Below, in pieces: positions 38,755-46,662 of a DNA stretch of 62,804 nt; the stretch's first letter is position 1, and every line of letters begins with the position of its first letter. The DNA is taken from positions 1-62,804 of the forward strand of contig DAIDIF010000263.1 of assembly GCA_027451805.1 (NCBI GenBank), given 5' to 3'. Under the pieces are notes generated by a model. It had not been told where the DNA came from. It saw only the letters and a list, made by a program, of their open reading frames with translations, and ran no database searches. Source of the DNA: Acidobacteriota bacterium (lineage in GTDB: Bacteria; Acidobacteriota; Terriglobia; Terriglobales; SCQP01). The position numbers and the translations under genes were made by a program.

Positions 38755-38788
38755 AAAGCGGTCCCGGCTAAAGCCGGGACCGCTTTTT
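38755..38788 (+). terminator. Intrinsic terminator closing the small RNA/ORF unit
   Basis: aaagcggtcccggc-TAAA-gccgggaccgcttt (14-bp perfect stem), T5 at 38784-38788. Confidence 0.85.
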
Positions 38789-38949
38789 CGTCCCAGAAGA
38801 AATATTTCCGCCACCCGCGCAACACGCCCGGCACGAAGGGGTTGAATGGTCAACCCGTTAGCGCACCCAAGGGCCTGCAGGGATGGGAAACCGGAGCTGC
38901 AGGCCCTTTTCTCCATGACGGCAGCCATGCTACATTGGGAATCGCGCTT

Positions 38950-39024
38950 GCGGGAGTAACTCAGTGGTAGAGTGCGACCTTGCCAAGGTCGAAGTCGCGG
39001 GTTCGAATCCCGTCTCCCGCTCCA
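38950..39024 (+). tRNA. tRNA-Gly (GCC)
   Basis: GCGGGAG acceptor stem, D arm ACTC/GAGT, anticodon arm CGACC-TTGCCAA-GGTCG, TTCGAAT T-loop and encoded CCA. 75 nt, with TGcTACATT upstream at 38928-38936. Confidence 0.98.
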
Positions 39025-39085
39025 TCCCCCACGACGTGCCGGCAAGTATAGACGCGACTGCGGTTGATGTGATACTTGTATACGT

Positions 39086-39412
39086 GTGATGATGCGCGCT
39101 CGCAGCACGCGCCCGGTGGTTCGCAACGTCATTGTGATGATCGTTGCCGGGTGCGCGATGCTGCGCTGGCTGGCGCCGATGGCGGGGTTGCGGACGCCGC
39201 CACAGATTTTGCCACCGCAACGCGCCCACTGCCTGCGGCCGAACACGCATTTGGTGCAGCGGGCGATGCTCACGGTGGGCGATCCGCAGCTTCCGACACC
39301 GCGTCCGACGGCACGTCTGCTGCCCCGCCGGAGCACAAGCCACCTGACGCTGCAGCCGTGGGCCATCGCGGCCAGCCGCGCTGAACGGCGGCTTACGCCC
39401 CTCAGGATCTAA
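39086..39412 (+). CDS. Possible small membrane/exported hypothetical protein
   Basis: Basic N-terminus followed by a hydrophobic stretch (VVRNVIVMIVAGCAML), with an AT-rich promoter-like region upstream. No family recognised. Confidence 0.35.
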   Translation: MMMRARSTRPVVRNVIVMIVAGCAMLRWLAPMAGLRTPPQILPPQRAHCLRPNTHLVQRAMLTVGDPQLPTPRPTARLLPRRSTSHLTLQPWAIAASRAERRLTPLRI

Positions 39413-39506
39413 AGTCCGACATCGCCCTGTCGTGCCCGGATGCGCAGCGCGGAAACGCGCGGAGAGCCGGGCTATCGGAAACCTCTTCGACGATGGAGAA
39501 TAAGCG

Positions 39507-39854
39507 ATGTCCAAGAAGATTCTTTTGGTCGATCCTTCAAGTATGCGCCAGCCGTTTCTGAGCGAAATGCTGCAATCGACGGGCGAGGTGACGCGATTTG
39601 ACGGTGCGGACGAGGCCTTGGCGGCAGTCAAGCGCGGCCTGAGCGTGGACGTGGCCGTCCTGTGCTATCGGCTGTCGCTGACGCCGCTGATCCAAGCGAT
39701 CAAGACGACGCGGCCCATGGCCAAGATTGTGGCCTACGGCAGTCCGCGCACCGACACGCCGCTGGGGGTGGACCAGTACCTCAACCAGCCGATTTTGAGC
39801 TCGGAGTTGGGGGCGATCGTGGAACGAATGGCCGCCAAGCGACGGTCGAACTAG
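39507..39854 (+). CDS. Single-domain pseudo-receiver (CheY-like fold, phospho-Asp replaced by Cys)
   Basis: KKILLVD, EAL...., DVAVLC, KIVAYGS and YLNQP pattern. SD ggag upstream and a terminator downstream. Confidence 0.75.
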   Translation: MSKKILLVDPSSMRQPFLSEMLQSTGEVTRFDGADEALAAVKRGLSVDVAVLCYRLSLTPLIQAIKTTRPMAKIVAYGSPRTDTPLGVDQYLNQPILSSELGAIVERMAAKRRSN

Positions 39855-39883
39855 GCGCACATCCCTCCGATTGCGTATTTCTG

Positions 39884-39918
39884 GGCGTTCGCGGCTTACA
39901 CCGCGAACGCCTTTTTTT
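39884..39918 (+). terminator. Intrinsic terminator after the pseudo-receiver gene
   Basis: ggcgttcgcgg-cttaca-ccgcgaacgcc (11-bp stem) followed by T7. Confidence 0.88.
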
Positions 39919-39929
39919 GCGGGCGGACG

Positions 39930-40535
39930 CTACTCGGAAAGCCCGACAGACGGAACCGGCGTGGGGCGCAAGTAGACATCCAGAAAGTTCGAAAGCAACT
40001 GCTTGCCGGCGAGCGTGAGGATGCTTTCCGGATGGAACTGCACGCCTTCAATGGGAAAACGGCGGTGGCGGAGCGCCATGATGACGCCGTCGGGCGAGCG
40101 GGCACTGATTTCGAGACCCTCGGGGACGGTCGAGGGATCGAGGACGAGGGAGTGGTAGCGGGTAGCGGCGAAGGGCTGGGGAAGGTCGCGAAAGATGGTG
40201 CGACCGTCATGCTCGATCAGGCTGGTCTTGCCGTGCATGAGCACGGGCGCACGCACGATACGGCCACCGAAAGCCTGGGCGATGCTTTGATGACCAAGGC
40301 AGACCCCGAGAATGGGCAACTGACCCGCGAAATGGCGCACAGCGGCAACGCTGATGCCAGCCTCGTCTGGAGTGCAGGGACCAGGCGAGAGGACAAGGGC
40401 GACGGGCTGGAGGGCTTCGATCTCAGCGATGGTCACCCGATCGTTGCGGCGAACCTCAACCTCCTGGCCCAGCTCGCCGAAATATTGGGCGAGGTTGTAG
40501 GTAAAGGAATCGTAGTTGTCGAGCAGGAAGATCAT
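39930..40535 (-). CDS. trpG: Anthranilate synthase component II (glutamine amidotransferase)
   Basis: [31 protein letters not shown] and QFHPES. Lies directly downstream of trpE. Confidence 0.92.
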   Translation of the reverse strand: MIFLLDNYDSFTYNLAQYFGELGQEVEVRRNDRVTIAEIEALQPVALVLSPGPCTPDEAGISVAAVRHFAGQLPILGVCLGHQSIAQAFGGRIVRAPVLMHGKTSLIEHDGRTIFRDLPQPFAATRYHSLVLDPSTVPEGLEISARSPDGVIMALRHRRFPIEGVQFHPESILTLAGKQLLSNFLDVYLRPTPVPSVGLSE

Positions 40536-40546
40536 GGCCGCTGCGC

Positions 40547-42070
40547 TCAGAGGCCGGCGCGGGCGCGCTCGAGGGCGCGCATCATGGCGCCGGCCTTGTT
40601 GACACATTCGAAATATTCACGCTCGGGCACGGAGTCGGCGACGATGCCGGCGCCAGCCTGCACGTGGGCCACACCCTTGCGGAACAGGATGGAGCGGATC
40701 AGGATGCAGGCGCTGAGGTTGCCGGCGTAGTCGAAGCTGAGCACACTACCGCCATAGGCTCCGCGGCGGGTGGGCTCGATCATCTCGATGATCTCCATGG
40801 CGCGCACCTTGGGGGCGCCGGTGAGCGTGCCGGCGGGAAAGCAGGCGGCCAGGGCATCGAACATGTCGCGGCTGGGGGCAAGTTGGGCGCGGACTTCGGA
40901 AACGAGATGCTGAACGTGGGAGTACTTTTCCACGGCCATGAGGGCGGGGACCCGAACGGTGCCGACAGCGGCAACGCGGCCAATATCGTTACGACCGAGA
41001 TCGACCAGCATGACGTGTTCGGCACGCTCTTTTTCATCGGCCAGCAACTCGTGGGCGAGTTCGATGTCGGCGGCTTCGGTGTCGCCGCGGGGGCGGGTGC
41101 CGGCGATGGGGCGGTACAGGAGTTGGCGCTGCGAGACCTGCACGAGCAGTTCCGGCGACGCGCCGACGAGGGCCACGTCGCCCATCTGCAGGAAGAACAT
41201 ATAAGGCGAGGGGTTAATGGCGCGGAGGGCGCGATACACCTGGAATGGCGGGACTTCGGTGGCAACGTCGAAGCGCTGCGAGAGCACGACTTGGAAAATA
41301 TCGCCGGCTTCGATGTACTGCTTGGCGCGGCGGACGGCGGCTTCAAATGCCGGGCGTTCCCAGTTGGGCAGCACCGGCAAGGGGCCGGCCTCTTCGGCCA
41401 CTGCGGGCATGCGCGGGGCGCGGCGAAGGCGCACGGCCATGGCCTCGAGATCGTCGAGGGCCTGGCGGTACTCGCGGGCAAGATGGGCGGCGGGATCGGC
41501 GGCCTCGGGATCAGCGTGGACGCAGGCAACCAGCGTGATTTGGCGGCGAACGTGATCGAAGATGATCTGGCGGGAGAAGAACATGAGCAGGGCTTCATCG
41601 GCGCCGAGATCGGCGCGGGCCTGCTCGGGAAGCTTCTCCAGCGTGCGGACGAGGTCGTAGCCGAGATAGCCGACGGCGCCGGCGACGAAGGGGGGCAGGC
41701 CGGGTACGGGGGCGAGGCGGCGGCGCTGGACTTCCTCGCGGGCGAGGGCCAGGAGACCGGTGGAGGAAGGGATCCAGGGGGTGGGCGCGGCGGCGCGGGG
41801 GAAGCGGCGGACAGCGACTTTGCCGGCGCGTTGACGAAGGACAAAATCGGGGTCCACGCCGAGGAAGGAGTAGCGGCCGATCTTCTCGCCGCCTTCGACG
41901 CTTTCGAGCAGATAGGAGTAGCGGGTACGGCGGTGGCGGAGTCCATTCAGGTAGGCCGCAACCGGCGTATCCAAGTCGGCGAGGAAGGTGCGGGCGAGCG
42001 GGAATACGTTGTACTCGGCCGCCAAGCGCTGAATTTCGGCCAGCGAAAGAGGCTGAGGAAGCGTGGACAT
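40547..42070 (-). CDS. trpE: Anthranilate synthase component I
   Basis: [66 protein letters not shown] and [10 protein letters not shown]. Confidence 0.93.
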   Translation of the reverse strand: MSTLPQPLSLAEIQRLAAEYNVFPLARTFLADLDTPVAAYLNGLRHRRTRYSYLLESVEGGEKIGRYSFLGVDPDFVLRQRAGKVAVRRFPRAAAPTPWIPSSTGLLALAREEVQRRRLAPVPGLPPFVAGAVGYLGYDLVRTLEKLPEQARADLGADEALLMFFSRQIIFDHVRRQITLVACVHADPEAADPAAHLAREYRQALDDLEAMAVRLRRAPRMPAVAEEAGPLPVLPNWERPAFEAAVRRAKQYIEAGDIFQVVLSQRFDVATEVPPFQVYRALRAINPSPYMFFLQMGDVALVGASPELLVQVSQRQLLYRPIAGTRPRGDTEAADIELAHELLADEKERAEHVMLVDLGRNDIGRVAAVGTVRVPALMAVEKYSHVQHLVSEVRAQLAPSRDMFDALAACFPAGTLTGAPKVRAMEIIEMIEPTRRGAYGGSVLSFDYAGNLSACILIRSILFRKGVAHVQAGAGIVADSVPEREYFECVNKAGAMMRALERARAGL

Positions 42071-42155
42071 TGAGGGAACCCCGATTGTAGCGCAGGGGCA
42101 GCGCCCGCGGGGCCGGAGCCGCGCCCCACCGTGCCGCGGGTACAATCAAAAGAGG

Positions 42156-42887
42156 ATGGTGGCTCAAGGCTCGGCCAGCGCAAAGGATGAGTTTGCCGAG
42201 GTCGCGGCGGCGCCAACTTGGAGCCGGAAGCAGCAACGGCTGCTGGCGTTGGCGCGGGGAGTCACACCGGCGCTGCTGCGCGTTCTGGGGACGAGCTGGC
42301 GCTGGGACCTGCCGAAGGGCATCCCCCCGGGGGCGTTCACCCAACCGCCGGAGCGTGCGATCTACGTCTTCTGGCACCGCTGCCTATTGCCCATCGCCTG
42401 GATCGCGCGCGATCGCGGCTTCGGCGTGCTGGTGAGCCAGCACTTCGACGGGGAGATGATTGCGCAGACGGCGGAACGTCTCGGATACCGGCTGTTCCGC
42501 GGTTCGAGCACGCGCGGCGGCAGCGAAGCGCTGGAAGCAATGACGACGGCGCTGCGGGCCGGGCAGCCGCTGGCGCTGACGGTGGACGGGCCGCGGGGAC
42601 CGCGCTATCGCGCCAAGCGCGGGGCGATCGAGTTGGCGCGGGCCACGGGCGCGCCGATTTATGCGCTGCACGCATCGCCGCGGCGCTGTTGGACGATGCG
42701 CAGCTGGGACGAGTTTCAAATCCCGAAGCCCTGCACCGTGATCCGGGGGGACTGGGCGGGGCCGATCCGGATCGCCCGTGACATCGGATTGGAGGCGATG
42801 GAAACGCACCGCATCGAGATGGAGCAGACGCTGAACCGGTTGCGCCGGCGCTGGGAACCCGAAACCGAAAAGGAGGCGCTGACATGA
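42156..42887 (+). CDS. DUF374 / lysophospholipid acyltransferase family protein
   Basis: FWH, LVSQHFDGE, RGSSTRGG, TVDGPRGP and SWDEFQIPKP motifs. Confidence 0.88.
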   Translation: MVAQGSASAKDEFAEVAAAPTWSRKQQRLLALARGVTPALLRVLGTSWRWDLPKGIPPGAFTQPPERAIYVFWHRCLLPIAWIARDRGFGVLVSQHFDGEMIAQTAERLGYRLFRGSSTRGGSEALEAMTTALRAGQPLALTVDGPRGPRYRAKRGAIELARATGAPIYALHASPRRCWTMRSWDEFQIPKPCTVIRGDWAGPIRIARDIGLEAMETHRIEMEQTLNRLRRRWEPETEKEALT

Positions 42888-43789
42888 AGCTGGGCATGGT
42901 GGGCCTGGGGCGCATGGGCGGCAACATGACGCAGCGGCTGCTGCAAGGCGGTCACCACGTGGTGGCGTGCGACCCGGCGGAAGCGGCGGTGCAGCAGGCG
43001 GTGAGCCGCGGCGCGGAGGGAGCGACGAGTCTGGCGGACATGGTAGGGCGGCTGGCGGCCCCGCGGGTGGTGTGGCTCATGGTGCCCGCGGGCGCGATCA
43101 CGACCAACACGGTGAACGCACTGCTGGCGGACATGGCGGCCGACGACGTGCTGATTGACGGCGGCAACTCGCATTACAAGGACTCGCTGACGCACGCGGA
43201 AGCGGCCCAGCGCAAGGGCGTACACTTTCTCGATGCCGGGACGAGCGGCGGGGTATGGGGACTCAGGTTGGGCTATAGCCTGATGGTGGGCGGCGACAAG
43301 GCAAGCTTCGAGCGGGTATCGCCAATCTTGGCAACGCTGGCGCCGCCGGAAGGGTTTCTGTATACCGGACCGCCGGGCTCGGGACATTTCGCCAAGATGG
43401 TGCACAACGGGATCGAGTACGGCATGCTGCAGGCCTACGGGGAGGGATTCGAGGTGCTGGAGAAGTCGCCATACCCGTTCGACCTGCGCGCGATCACGCA
43501 TGTATGGAACCGGGGAAGCGTGATCCGGTCGTGGCCGTGTGAGCTGGCGGAGCAGGCGTTTGCGCGGGAACCGCATCTGGACAGCGTACGCGGCTACGTG
43601 GACGATTCGGGCGAGGGACGGTGGACGGCGCAGACGGCGCTGGAGGAGAACGTGCCCGCGCCCATCCTCACGCTGTCGTTGCTGGCGCGGTTGCGCTCGC
43701 GGCAGACCGAATCGTTCAGCGCCAAGGTGATCGCCGCCCTGCGGAACGAGTTTGGCGGGCACGCGGTGAAGCACGAGGGCGCGCAGTAG
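42884..43789 (+). CDS. gnd: 6-phosphogluconate dehydrogenase (decarboxylating), short YqeC type
   Basis: GMVGLGRMG, IDGGNS, DAGTSGG, GHFAKMVHNGIEYG, DSGEGRW and LRNEFGGH. Confidence 0.95.
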   Translation: MKLGMVGLGRMGGNMTQRLLQGGHHVVACDPAEAAVQQAVSRGAEGATSLADMVGRLAAPRVVWLMVPAGAITTNTVNALLADMAADDVLIDGGNSHYKDSLTHAEAAQRKGVHFLDAGTSGGVWGLRLGYSLMVGGDKASFERVSPILATLAPPEGFLYTGPPGSGHFAKMVHNGIEYGMLQAYGEGFEVLEKSPYPFDLRAITHVWNRGSVIRSWPCELAEQAFAREPHLDSVRGYVDDSGEGRWTAQTALEENVPAPILTLSLLARLRSRQTESFSAKVIAALRNEFGGHAVKHEGAQ

Positions 43790-43791
43790 CC

Positions 43792-44538
43792 ATGCTGGCA
43801 TGGGTGACGCGGCCGACGCTGGCGGAACTGACCGCAGAGTTCTGCCAGCGTATCGAAGCCGCGGGGAGCGCGACCGCAGGAGAGTGCGCAGTGGCGTTGA
43901 CCGGCGGCAGCTCGGCGGCGGTGTTCTACGAGGCATGGGCAGCACGGGGGGTGGGGCCGCAGTTCCGGTTCTACTGGAGCGACGAACGGCTGGTACCGCC
44001 CAACCACCCGGACAGCAACTACCGGCTGGCGGCGGACCGCCTGCTGCGGCCAGCCCAGGTGCCGGAAACGCACGCGCATCCGGCGCCGACCTACCTGGCG
44101 CCCGTGGCCTGCGCGGCGGCGTATGCCACGGAGATCCGGCGCCAGGTCGCACCGGGCGCGGACGGGGTACCGCGGTTTTCGCTGGTGATTCTGGGACTGG
44201 GAGCGGACGGCCACACCGGCTCACTGCTGCCGGGACGCGATCCGCACGCAGAGGACGATCTGCTGGTGCGGGCGGTGGAGGGATCGCCGGCGCACCCGCA
44301 TAGGCGGGTGACGTTTACCCCCAAGCTGATCAACGCCGCGGCGCGAGTCTGGTTTGTGGTCACGGGAGCGCCCAAGGCCTGGGCGGTCGAGCAACTGGCA
44401 GGGCGAACGGCGCCACTAGAGCAGGTGCCGGCGTTGGCGGTTGACCCGAAGACCACGCAGATTACGATCTTTGCCGACCAAGAATCCACTGGCGGCAGGA
44501 TGCCGCCGTGTGAAGCAGGAGGAGGAGACACACCATGA
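43792..44538 (+). CDS. pgl: 6-phosphogluconolactonase
   Basis: ALTGGS, SDERLVP..HPDSNY, LGLGADGHTGSL and RVTFT motifs. Confidence 0.9.
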   Translation: MLAWVTRPTLAELTAEFCQRIEAAGSATAGECAVALTGGSSAAVFYEAWAARGVGPQFRFYWSDERLVPPNHPDSNYRLAADRLLRPAQVPETHAHPAPTYLAPVACAAAYATEIRRQVAPGADGVPRFSLVILGLGADGHTGSLLPGRDPHAEDDLLVRAVEGSPAHPHRRVTFTPKLINAAARVWFVVTGAPKAWAVEQLAGRTAPLEQVPALAVDPKTTQITIFADQESTGGRMPPCEAGGGDTP

Positions 44539-45620
44539 GCGCAGCCACGAACGACCCCTTCCCTACCCCGAGTTTTGCGGCGAGGGCGGCGGGCGCGCGG
44601 CTCGAGCCTTACCGGATCGAACGGCGACCGCCAGGACGAAACGACGTGGCGATCCGCATCCGGTATTGCGGCATCTGCCACTCGGACCTGCACCAGTTGC
44701 GGGACGAGTGGGGCGGGGCGATCTTTCCCATGGTCGCAGGCCACGAAATCGTGGGCACGGTGACGGAGACGGGCGCGGGCGTGCAGCGGTTTCAACCGGG
44801 CGACACGGTGGGGGTCGGTTGCATGGTGGATTCCTGCCGCACCTGCGCGAGCTGCCGCACGGGGTTTGAGCAATTCTGCGAGAACGGCAGCACCCTGACC
44901 TACAACGCGCGCGACCGACAGGGAAACATCACCTACGGGGGGTACTCGGGCGCGATCGTGGTGGATGAGGCGTTCGTGCTGCGGGTGACGCATGCGAACG
45001 AGCAACTGGCGGGCGCGGCGCCGCTACTGTGCGCGGGCATCACGACATATTCGCCCCTGCGGCACTGGAACGTGGGCAAGGGATCGAAGGTCGGCGTGGC
45101 GGGGCTGGGCGGGCTGGGGCACATGGCCATTCAATTGGCACACGCGATGGGCGCAGAGGTGACCCTGTTCACGCGCTCGGCGGACAAGGCGGCGGAGGCG
45201 GGGCGGCTGGGCGCGGCAGCCGTGGTGGTGACGGGCGACGCAGCGGCGATGGCAGCGCAGCAGCGGCGGCTGGATTTTGTGCTGGATACGATCTCGGCGC
45301 CGCACGACGTGAACGCGTATTTGAGCCTGCTGCGGCGCGACGGAACGCTGGTGCTGGTGGGCGCGCCGAACCAGCCGTTGCCGGTCGCGGCGTTTCCGCT
45401 GATCCTGGGGCGCCGGGCTTTGGCGGGCTCGCTGATCGGCGGGATCGCGGAGACCCAGGAGATGCTCGATTTCTGCGCGGCCCGGGGCATCACCAGCCAA
45501 GTGGAAACGATCCGGATCCAGGACGTCAACGAAGCGCTGGAGCGGCTCGCGCGCAGCGACGTGAAGTACCGATTCGTGATCGACATGAGGAGCCTGGAGA
45601 CGGCGGGCGAACCGGCATGA
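44535..45620 (+). CDS. NAD(P)-dependent zinc alcohol/aldehyde dehydrogenase (YahK/AdhC-like)
   Basis: GICHSD, GHEIVG, structural Zn C..C..C.......C, APLLCAGITTYSPL, GLGGLGH and KYRFVID. Confidence 0.92.
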   Translation: MSAATNDPFPTPSFAARAAGARLEPYRIERRPPGRNDVAIRIRYCGICHSDLHQLRDEWGGAIFPMVAGHEIVGTVTETGAGVQRFQPGDTVGVGCMVDSCRTCASCRTGFEQFCENGSTLTYNARDRQGNITYGGYSGAIVVDEAFVLRVTHANEQLAGAAPLLCAGITTYSPLRHWNVGKGSKVGVAGLGGLGHMAIQLAHAMGAEVTLFTRSADKAAEAGRLGAAAVVVTGDAAAMAAQQRRLDFVLDTISAPHDVNAYLSLLRRDGTLVLVGAPNQPLPVAAFPLILGRRALAGSLIGGIAETQEMLDFCAARGITSQVETIRIQDVNEALERLARSDVKYRFVIDMRSLETAGEPA

Positions 45621-46660
45621 GCGACCCGCTCCACGATGCGCTGCAGCAGGTGCTGGAGCGGCGGGATCTGAACCGCGAGCAGGCGCGCGGCGTGCTGGGC
45701 GCGATCCTGACGGGGGGGGCGGAAGAAGGCGAACAACGCGACATCCTCATCGGGGCTCTGCTCGCCGCACTGGCGATGAAGGGCGAGACGGTGGAAGAGA
45801 TCGTCGGTTTCGCGCAGGCGATGCGGGCGGCGGCGGTGAAGATCGGACTGAACGGCAGCGGGCGGCGGTGGGCGGATACGTGCGGCACGGGTGGCCATGC
45901 GCGCCGGGTGTTCAATGTGTCCACGGCGGCGGCAGTGACGGCCGCGGGTGCAGGGCTGGGCGTGGCGAAGCACGGCAACCGCAGCAGCACCAGCCCGTGC
46001 GGGTCGGCCGACGTGCTGGAGGCGCTGGGCGTGAATCTGGCGTTTCCGGCGGCAGGCCTGGGCGAGCTGCTGGAGACGGTAGGGTGGGGATTCCTGTACG
46101 CGCCGCTGTTGCACCCGACGATGGGGCGGGTGATGCCGGCGCGGCGGGCGCTGCGGATCCGCACGGTTTTCAATCTACTGGGGCCCCTGACGAACCCGGC
46201 GGGGGCGGAGGCGCAGGTGGTGGGGGTGCCGTCGGCGGCGCTGGTGGAGACGATGGCGATGGCGCTGCAGCGACTGGGCACGCGGCACAGCTTCGTGGTC
46301 CACAGCCGCGACGGCATGGGCGAGTTCACCACCACGGAGATCAACGAGTACGCCGAGGTCACGCCGGGGGGAATCACGCACCGCACGCTCGATGCGCGCG
46401 AACTGGGATTGCGGCGGGCGGCATCGGAGGAGCTGGCGTGCGGCGAGCGGACGGCGGCCGTGACCGGCCTACGGCGCGTGCTGGCGGGCGAACCCGGGGC
46501 GTACCGCGATGTGGTGGTGCTGAACGCGGCGGCCGCACTGGTGGCGGGCGGACGCGCCGACAGCTTTCCGGCAGGCATGAACATGGCGGAAGAGGCTCTC
46601 GACTCGGGGGCTGCGCGCGCCAAGCTGGAGGCGTTGGTCTCCTACACCAACCGCAGGTGA
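45617..46660 (+). CDS. trpD: Anthranilate phosphoribosyltransferase
   Basis: KGET.EEI.GF, DTCGTGG, FNVST, KHGNRS, GSADVLE and RT.FNLLGPLTNP. Confidence 0.95.
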   Translation: MSDPLHDALQQVLERRDLNREQARGVLGAILTGGAEEGEQRDILIGALLAALAMKGETVEEIVGFAQAMRAAAVKIGLNGSGRRWADTCGTGGHARRVFNVSTAAAVTAAGAGLGVAKHGNRSSTSPCGSADVLEALGVNLAFPAAGLGELLETVGWGFLYAPLLHPTMGRVMPARRALRIRTVFNLLGPLTNPAGAEAQVVGVPSAALVETMAMALQRLGTRHSFVVHSRDGMGEFTTTEINEYAEVTPGGITHRTLDARELGLRRAASEELACGERTAAVTGLRRVLAGEPGAYRDVVVLNAAAALVAGGRADSFPAGMNMAEEALDSGAARAKLEALVSYTNRR

Positions 46661-46662
46661 TT

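Noticed and set aside
38532-38771. 79-aa ORF MDIRRSG... from the ORF track
   Set aside because: It starts inside slt, has no SD, and runs through the promoter-like region and hairpins. The strong SD points to a different frame (GTG 38612).
34984-39100. Genomic island integrated at tmRNA or tRNA-Gly
   Set aside because: No integrase and no duplicated 3' end of either RNA seen. The flanks are core genes.
42071-42155. trp attenuator or leader peptide upstream of trpE
   Set aside because: The 85-nt gap holds divergent TACAAT boxes, with no Trp-codon ORF and no terminator.
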